A stretch of 64,000 nt of DNA from Candidatus Eiseniibacteriota bacterium. Lineage in GTDB: Bacteria > Eisenbacteria > RBG-16-71-46 > CAZEPH01. The stretch spans positions 32,001 through 96,000 of the forward strand of contig JBGATO010000004.1 of NCBI GenBank assembly GCA_044229145.1. Direction: 5' to 3'. The position numbers were made by a program, and so were the translations under genes. Shown here in pieces: positions 59,513-64,000 of the stretch (positions are counted from its first letter, which is position 1; every line of letters starts with the position of its first letter). The notes under the pieces are model-generated. The model had not been told where the DNA came from, made no database searches, and saw only the letters and a list, made by a program, of their open reading frames with translations.

Positions 59513-60793
59513 GTGACCCCCCGAATCGCACGCCGCACTGCCGGCCGGATGGCCGGCCTCGGCTTCGCCCTGAGTCTTGCCCTCGTCCCCCATCCTACGC
59601 TCGCGCAATCCTCGGAGGACGCGGCTGCCGAATCGCCAGCGCCCGCCGACAGCGTCACCGCCGAAGAGGTCAAGGGTTTGCTCGACGGCCTCACCGAGGG
59701 TGTCCAGACGATCCAGTCGGATGTCGACAAGCTCAAGAAGATCAAGATCAGCGGCTACATCCAGGCCCGCATGCAGTGGAACCAGGCGAGCGCCGACACA
59801 GTCAAGGCGAGCGGTTCGCTCACCGCCGCCAACAGCGATTTCTTCTTCATTCGCCGCGGCCGGCTCAAGGTCACCTACGACTCGGGCCCGCTCAGCCAAG
59901 CGGTGATCTACCTCGACGCCGGCACCGATCGCATCGCGCGACTGCTCGAAGGCTACGTGACGCTGCTCGATCCGTGGACGACCCAGCACATCCACTCGGT
60001 CACGATGGGACAGTTCAACGTGCCATTCGGCTACGAGATCGAGCGGTCGTCGAGTGTGCGCGAACTGCCAGAGCGCTCGCGCGCCGAAAACGTGCTGTTC
60101 AGTGGCGAACGCGACCGCGGCGTGAAGATCACCAACAATTGGACACCGAAACTGCAAACGGTGTTCGCGGTGCTCAACGGCGGTGGCATCAATGACGCCA
60201 ACTTCCCGAACGCCGACCCGACAGGCGGGAAAGACTGGACGGCCCGCGGCCGCTACGTCGGCGGTGTGGTGGACGCAGCGGTGAGCTACTACAAGGGCCA
60301 CGCGCTGACGCCGCTCACCGGCGACGATATCGCGACCGACAAGAAGCGCTTCGGCGCCGACGTGCAGACCTACTACCAGCTGCCGACCCTCGGCGGCGGC
60401 TCGCTCAAGGGCGAGTTCTACCAAGGTCACGACCTCAACGCCGACTCGCTCTCGACGCTGCTGACCGGCGGCGCGACGGCGAACCCGCGGTTGCTTAAGT
60501 CCGGCGCCGACCCGATGCACCTCGCCACCGACGTGCGCGGCTGGTACGCGATGTGTGTGCAGAACCTCGGCGAAAAGGCGCAGTTCGCCGGACGCCACGA
60601 TGAGTGGGACCCCAACACCGATCTCGCGCACGACCAGTACAAGCGGACGTCGCTTGCGCTGCACTACTTCTACGACGGCTACACCCGAGTGACGCTCTCG
60701 TACGACGTGATCAAGACGGAGAAGAAGTCGGGCGCGATCTACAGCGACCCCAAGGACAATCTGCTGACGGTGCAGCTGCAGCACAAGTTCTAG
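59513..60793 (+). CDS. Phosphate-selective porin (OprO/OprP-like)
   Basis: KISGYIQAR, FFIRRGRLK, GQFNVPFGYE, RDRG; terminal VQLQHKF; position before pstS. Confidence 0.78.
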   Translation: MTPRIARRTAGRMAGLGFALSLALVPHPTLAQSSEDAAAESPAPADSVTAEEVKGLLDGLTEGVQTIQSDVDKLKKIKISGYIQARMQWNQASADTVKASGSLTAANSDFFFIRRGRLKVTYDSGPLSQAVIYLDAGTDRIARLLEGYVTLLDPWTTQHIHSVTMGQFNVPFGYEIERSSSVRELPERSRAENVLFSGERDRGVKITNNWTPKLQTVFAVLNGGGINDANFPNADPTGGKDWTARGRYVGGVVDAAVSYYKGHALTPLTGDDIATDKKRFGADVQTYYQLPTLGGGSLKGEFYQGHDLNADSLSTLLTGGATANPRLLKSGADPMHLATDVRGWYAMCVQNLGEKAQFAGRHDEWDPNTDLAHDQYKRTSLALHYFYDGYTRVTLSYDVIKTEKKSGAIYSDPKDNLLTVQLQHKF

Positions 60794-60834
60794 CGCCGGG
60801 CGGCAGACGACGACACGACAGGAGAGAGACTGAG

Positions 60835-61671
60835 ATGAAGCGCTTCACCCGATTGTTGTCCGTCGCGACGGTGCTCGCGACGCTCGGCGCCGTGCCGGCG
60901 TTCGCCGGCCGCGGCGTCACGGTCAAGGGCTCGGACACCATGGTGATCCTGGCCGGGCGGTGGGCCGAGCAGTACATGAACAAGACGCCCGGGGCGATCG
61001 TGCAGGTGACCGGCGGTGGCTCCGGCGTCGGGATCGCCGCGCTGATCAACGGCACCACCGACATCGCTACGGCGTCGCGCCCGATGAAGGACGACGAGAA
61101 GCTGAAGCTGCGCGATCGCTACCAGACGATGGGCGTGGAAACGCCGGTCGCCAAAGACGGACTTTCCGTCTACCTGCACGCCAAGAATCCGGTAAAGTCC
61201 CTGACGTTCCAGCAGCTCGCCGCGATCTACATGGGCCAGATCACCAACTGGAAGCAGGTCGGCGGCGCCGATGCGCGCATCATCGTCTACGGACGCGAGA
61301 ACAACTCCGGCACGTACGCGTTCTTCAAGGACCATGTGCTCGGCGGCAAGGACTTCGCGCCGCAGACGCAGACGCTGCAAGGAACCGCCGCGGTGGTGAA
61401 CGCGGTCTCGAAGGATGTCAATGGCATCGGCTACGGTGGCGCCGCGTACACCAAGGGCGTGCGCGACTGTGCGATTGCCAAGGATGCGAAGTCGAAGGCG
61501 ATCATGCCGAGTGCGGCGACGGTCAAGGACGGCACCTACCCGCTGTCGCGCTTGCTGTACTTCTACACGCGCAAGGCGCCGGCTGGCGACGTGCAGAAGT
61601 TCATCGCGTTCGTGAAGTCGCCGGAGGGTCAGGCGCTTGCCGCGCAGGTCGGATACTTCCCCCTCAAGTAA
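60835..61671 (+). CDS. pstS: Phosphate ABC transporter substrate-binding protein
   Basis: KGSDTM, GGGSGVGI, DIATASR, RENNSGT, YPLSRLLYFY. Confidence 0.93.
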   Translation: MKRFTRLLSVATVLATLGAVPAFAGRGVTVKGSDTMVILAGRWAEQYMNKTPGAIVQVTGGGSGVGIAALINGTTDIATASRPMKDDEKLKLRDRYQTMGVETPVAKDGLSVYLHAKNPVKSLTFQQLAAIYMGQITNWKQVGGADARIIVYGRENNSGTYAFFKDHVLGGKDFAPQTQTLQGTAAVVNAVSKDVNGIGYGGAAYTKGVRDCAIAKDAKSKAIMPSAATVKDGTYPLSRLLYFYTRKAPAGDVQKFIAFVKSPEGQALAAQVGYFPLK

Positions 61672-61672
61672 C

Positions 61673-62683
61673 GTGACCTTTCCTCCTTCGGCGACGACCG
61701 CCGGCGGCTCACTGCCGCTGGGCGCCGGACGCACCACCATGGCGGCGGGGCTCACGCCTCGCCGCCGCGCGCGCCGGCGCACCGATTGGCAGGAAGTCGC
61801 CATCGTGGCACTCCTGCGACTGTGTGCATTGACGGCTCTCGTCGGCCTGCTGCTCATCATCGTCTTCGTGTTCCGCGAAGCGATGCCGGTGTTCACCAAC
61901 GCCGAGACGCAGAAGGAAGCGAGTCTCCATCACTTCCTGCGCACGCCGATTTGGCAGCCGGTCAGTGACGAGCCGAAGTACGGCATCCTGCCGCTGCTGA
62001 TCGGCACGCTGAAGACCACGGTGATGGCGATGCTGTTCGGCGTGCCGACCGCGCTGCTCGCCGCGCTCTACGCGAGCGAGTTCGCGCCGCACTGGATGCG
62101 CGAGGTGCTGAAGCCGGTGATCGAGATGCTCGCCGGTGTGCCATCGGTGGTGCTCGGCTTCTTCGGGTTGATCGTGCTGGCGAGTTGGGTACAAGCGGTG
62201 ACGCATTCGCCGATGCGGCTCAATGCGGTGAGCGCGGGGCTGGCGCTGTCGCTCGCGGTGATCCCGACGGTGTTCTCGGTGACCGAGGATGCGTTGCGCG
62301 CGGTGCCGCGCACGGTGCGCGAGGCGTCGCTGGCGCTCGGCGCAACGCCGTGGCAGACGGCGTGGCACGTCACGCTCCCGGCCGCGTCGGCGGGGGCGCT
62401 GGCCGGCGTGTTGCTCGGCCTCGCGCGCGCGGTGGGCGAAACGATGATCGTGCTCATGGTGTCCGGCAATGCGTCGATCGTCAGCGCGAATCCGTTCGAC
62501 TCGGTGCGCACGCTGTCGGCGACCATTGCGTCGGAGATGGCGGAAGTCGTGGTGGGCGCCCCGCACTACTCGACGCTGTTCTTTCTCGGCGCGCTGCTGT
62601 TCGTCATCACGTTCATCATCAACATGCTCGCGGGCTACTTCGTGGGACGGCTGCGCGCGAAATTGACGGGGCAAGCGGCATGA
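61673..62683 (+). CDS. pstC: Phosphate ABC transporter permease PstC
   Basis: KPVIEMLAGVPSVVLGFFG, EDALRAVP, ARAVGETMIV; start uncertain (61673 or 61739). Confidence 0.93.
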   Translation: MTFPPSATTAGGSLPLGAGRTTMAAGLTPRRRARRRTDWQEVAIVALLRLCALTALVGLLLIIVFVFREAMPVFTNAETQKEASLHHFLRTPIWQPVSDEPKYGILPLLIGTLKTTVMAMLFGVPTALLAALYASEFAPHWMREVLKPVIEMLAGVPSVVLGFFGLIVLASWVQAVTHSPMRLNAVSAGLALSLAVIPTVFSVTEDALRAVPRTVREASLALGATPWQTAWHVTLPAASAGALAGVLLGLARAVGETMIVLMVSGNASIVSANPFDSVRTLSATIASEMAEVVVGAPHYSTLFFLGALLFVITFIINMLAGYFVGRLRAKLTGQAA

Positions 62684-63594
62684 GCCGGACGACACCGCGC
62701 GGCACGCGCATCGCCGGACGCGTCTTCCCGATTCTCAGCGCGGTAGCCGCGTGTCTCATCATCGCGATGCTCGCGCTCATCCTCGGCAACATCGTGCTGC
62801 ACGGGTGGTCGACGATCACGTGGGAGTTCTTGTCGGCATCGCCGCGTGAGGGCATGACGCAGGGCGGCATCTTCCCGGCGATCTTCGGCACGCTGCTGCT
62901 GGTCGTGTTGATGGTGATCGCGCTGGTGCCGTGCGGCGTCGGCGCGGCGATTTACTTGCACGAGTTCGCACCGGCCAACAGTTGGCTGACGAAGGCAGTG
63001 CGTTTCGCGATTGGCAATCTCGCGGGCGTGCCGAGCATCGTGTTCGGATTGTTCGGTCTCGGCTTCTTCATCCAGTTCCTCGGGCGGCGCATCGACATGG
63101 CGACGGGGCAAGACGTCGCGTGGGGGCAGCCGTGCTTGCTGTGGGCGGCGTTGACGCTCGCGTTGCTCAACCTGCCGGTGGTGATCGTGACCGCGGAAGA
63201 AGCTCTCAAGACGGTGCCGGGCGACATGCGCGAAGCGGCGCTGGCACTCGGCGCGACGCGGTGGAAGACGATCTGGCACGTGCTTCTGCCACAGGCGATG
63301 CCGGGGATTCTCACCGGCACCGTGCTGGCGATCGCCCGCGGTGCCGGCGAGGTCGCGCCGATTCTGTTCACCGGCGCCGCGTACTTCCTGCCGTTCCTGC
63401 CGCACTCGCCGCAGGATCAGTTCATGGAGTTGGGCTATCACGTGTACGTGTTGGCCACGCAATCGCCGGACGTCGACGCGACGCGTCCGTTGCTCTACGG
63501 CACGGTGTTGGTGCTGCTCGTGCTGACATTCGCGCTCAACGCCGTGGCGGTGGCGATGCGCACCCAGATGCGCGCGCGCTTGGCCGGGAGGTAA
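62680..63594 (+). CDS. pstA: Phosphate ABC transporter permease PstA
   Basis: GGIFPAIFGT, NLAGVPSIVFGLFG, ARGAGEVAPI. Confidence 0.93.
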   Translation: MSRTTPRGTRIAGRVFPILSAVAACLIIAMLALILGNIVLHGWSTITWEFLSASPREGMTQGGIFPAIFGTLLLVVLMVIALVPCGVGAAIYLHEFAPANSWLTKAVRFAIGNLAGVPSIVFGLFGLGFFIQFLGRRIDMATGQDVAWGQPCLLWAALTLALLNLPVVIVTAEEALKTVPGDMREAALALGATRWKTIWHVLLPQAMPGILTGTVLAIARGAGEVAPILFTGAAYFLPFLPHSPQDQFMELGYHVYVLATQSPDVDATRPLLYGTVLVLLVLTFALNAVAVAMRTQMRARLAGR

Positions 63595-63595
63595 G

Positions 63596-64000
63596 GTGCT
63601 CGAGGCACGGCAGTTCAACTTGTGGTATGGCGATCACCAGGTGCTCAAGGACGCCAGCGTGCGGATGCCGGAGCGCAGCGTGACGGCGATCATCGGGCCG
63701 TCGGGCTGCGGCAAGAGCACGCTGCTGCGCGCGTTCAATCGCATGCACGATCTGTCGCCGGGCGTGCGGATGAGCGGTCTTCTGCGCGTCGGCGACACCG
63801 ACGTGAACGCCGCCGACACTGATGTCGTGGAGCTGCGACGCCGCGTCGGCATGGTGTTCCAGCGTCCCAATCCGTTCCCGAAATCGATCTTCGAAAACGT
63901 CGTGTTCGGCCTGCGGATGCAGGGCGTGTCGTCGCGCCGCGACCTCGAATTGCGCGCCGAGGAGTGCCTCAAGCAAGTCGCCCTGTGGGACGAGGTGAAG
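63596..64000 (+). CDS. pstB: Phosphate ABC transporter ATP-binding protein, 3'-truncated
   Basis: FNLWYG, IIGPSGCGKSTLLRAFNRM, RRRVGMVFQRPNPFPKSIFENV, LWDEVK; runs off the window edge. Confidence 0.93.
   Translation, partial: MLEARQFNLWYGDHQVLKDASVRMPERSVTAIIGPSGCGKSTLLRAFNRMHDLSPGVRMSGLLRVGDTDVNAADTDVVELRRRVGMVFQRPNPFPKSIFENVVFGLRMQGVSSRRDLELRAEECLKQVALWDEVK

Overview
High-GC bacterial chromosomal window with about 45 densely packed genes and no supportable rRNA, tRNA, CRISPR array, transposase or prophage. Several secreted proteins carry FlgD-Ig/T9SS-like C-terminal domains, one has a dockerin-like repeat and one ends in TWGKIKSIY; together these suggest (inference) an FCB-group candidate lineage such as Eisenbacteria/Krumholzibacteriota/Latescibacterota. 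Ordinary content: groES-groEL, arginase, Fe/Mn SOD, a xylFGH-like sugar ABC transporter divergent from a GH92 mannosidase, a NatAB-like ABC exporter, OmpA, and a large phosphate-starvation region (phoR-phoB, secreted beta-helix protein, TonB receptor, second phoB, phosphate porin, pstSCAB). Most unusual: (1) an RHH-antitoxin-like ORF and a PIN-toxin-like ORF that overlap for about 1.16 kb in different frames, both expanded by long Arg/Glu/Pro disordered tracts; (2) a consensus sigma54 promoter driving a small exported-peptide-like ORF followed by a TPR protein with a catalytically dead sigma54-activator domain, a candidate peptide-signalling module; (3) a Pho-box-preceded TonB receptor/secreted-protein module; (4) a DEDDh exonuclease-WYL fusion; (5) several enzymes with substituted catalytic residues. 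All family calls come from motif recognition by eye, not database searches, and start codons were re-chosen by hand where the ORF track overextends.
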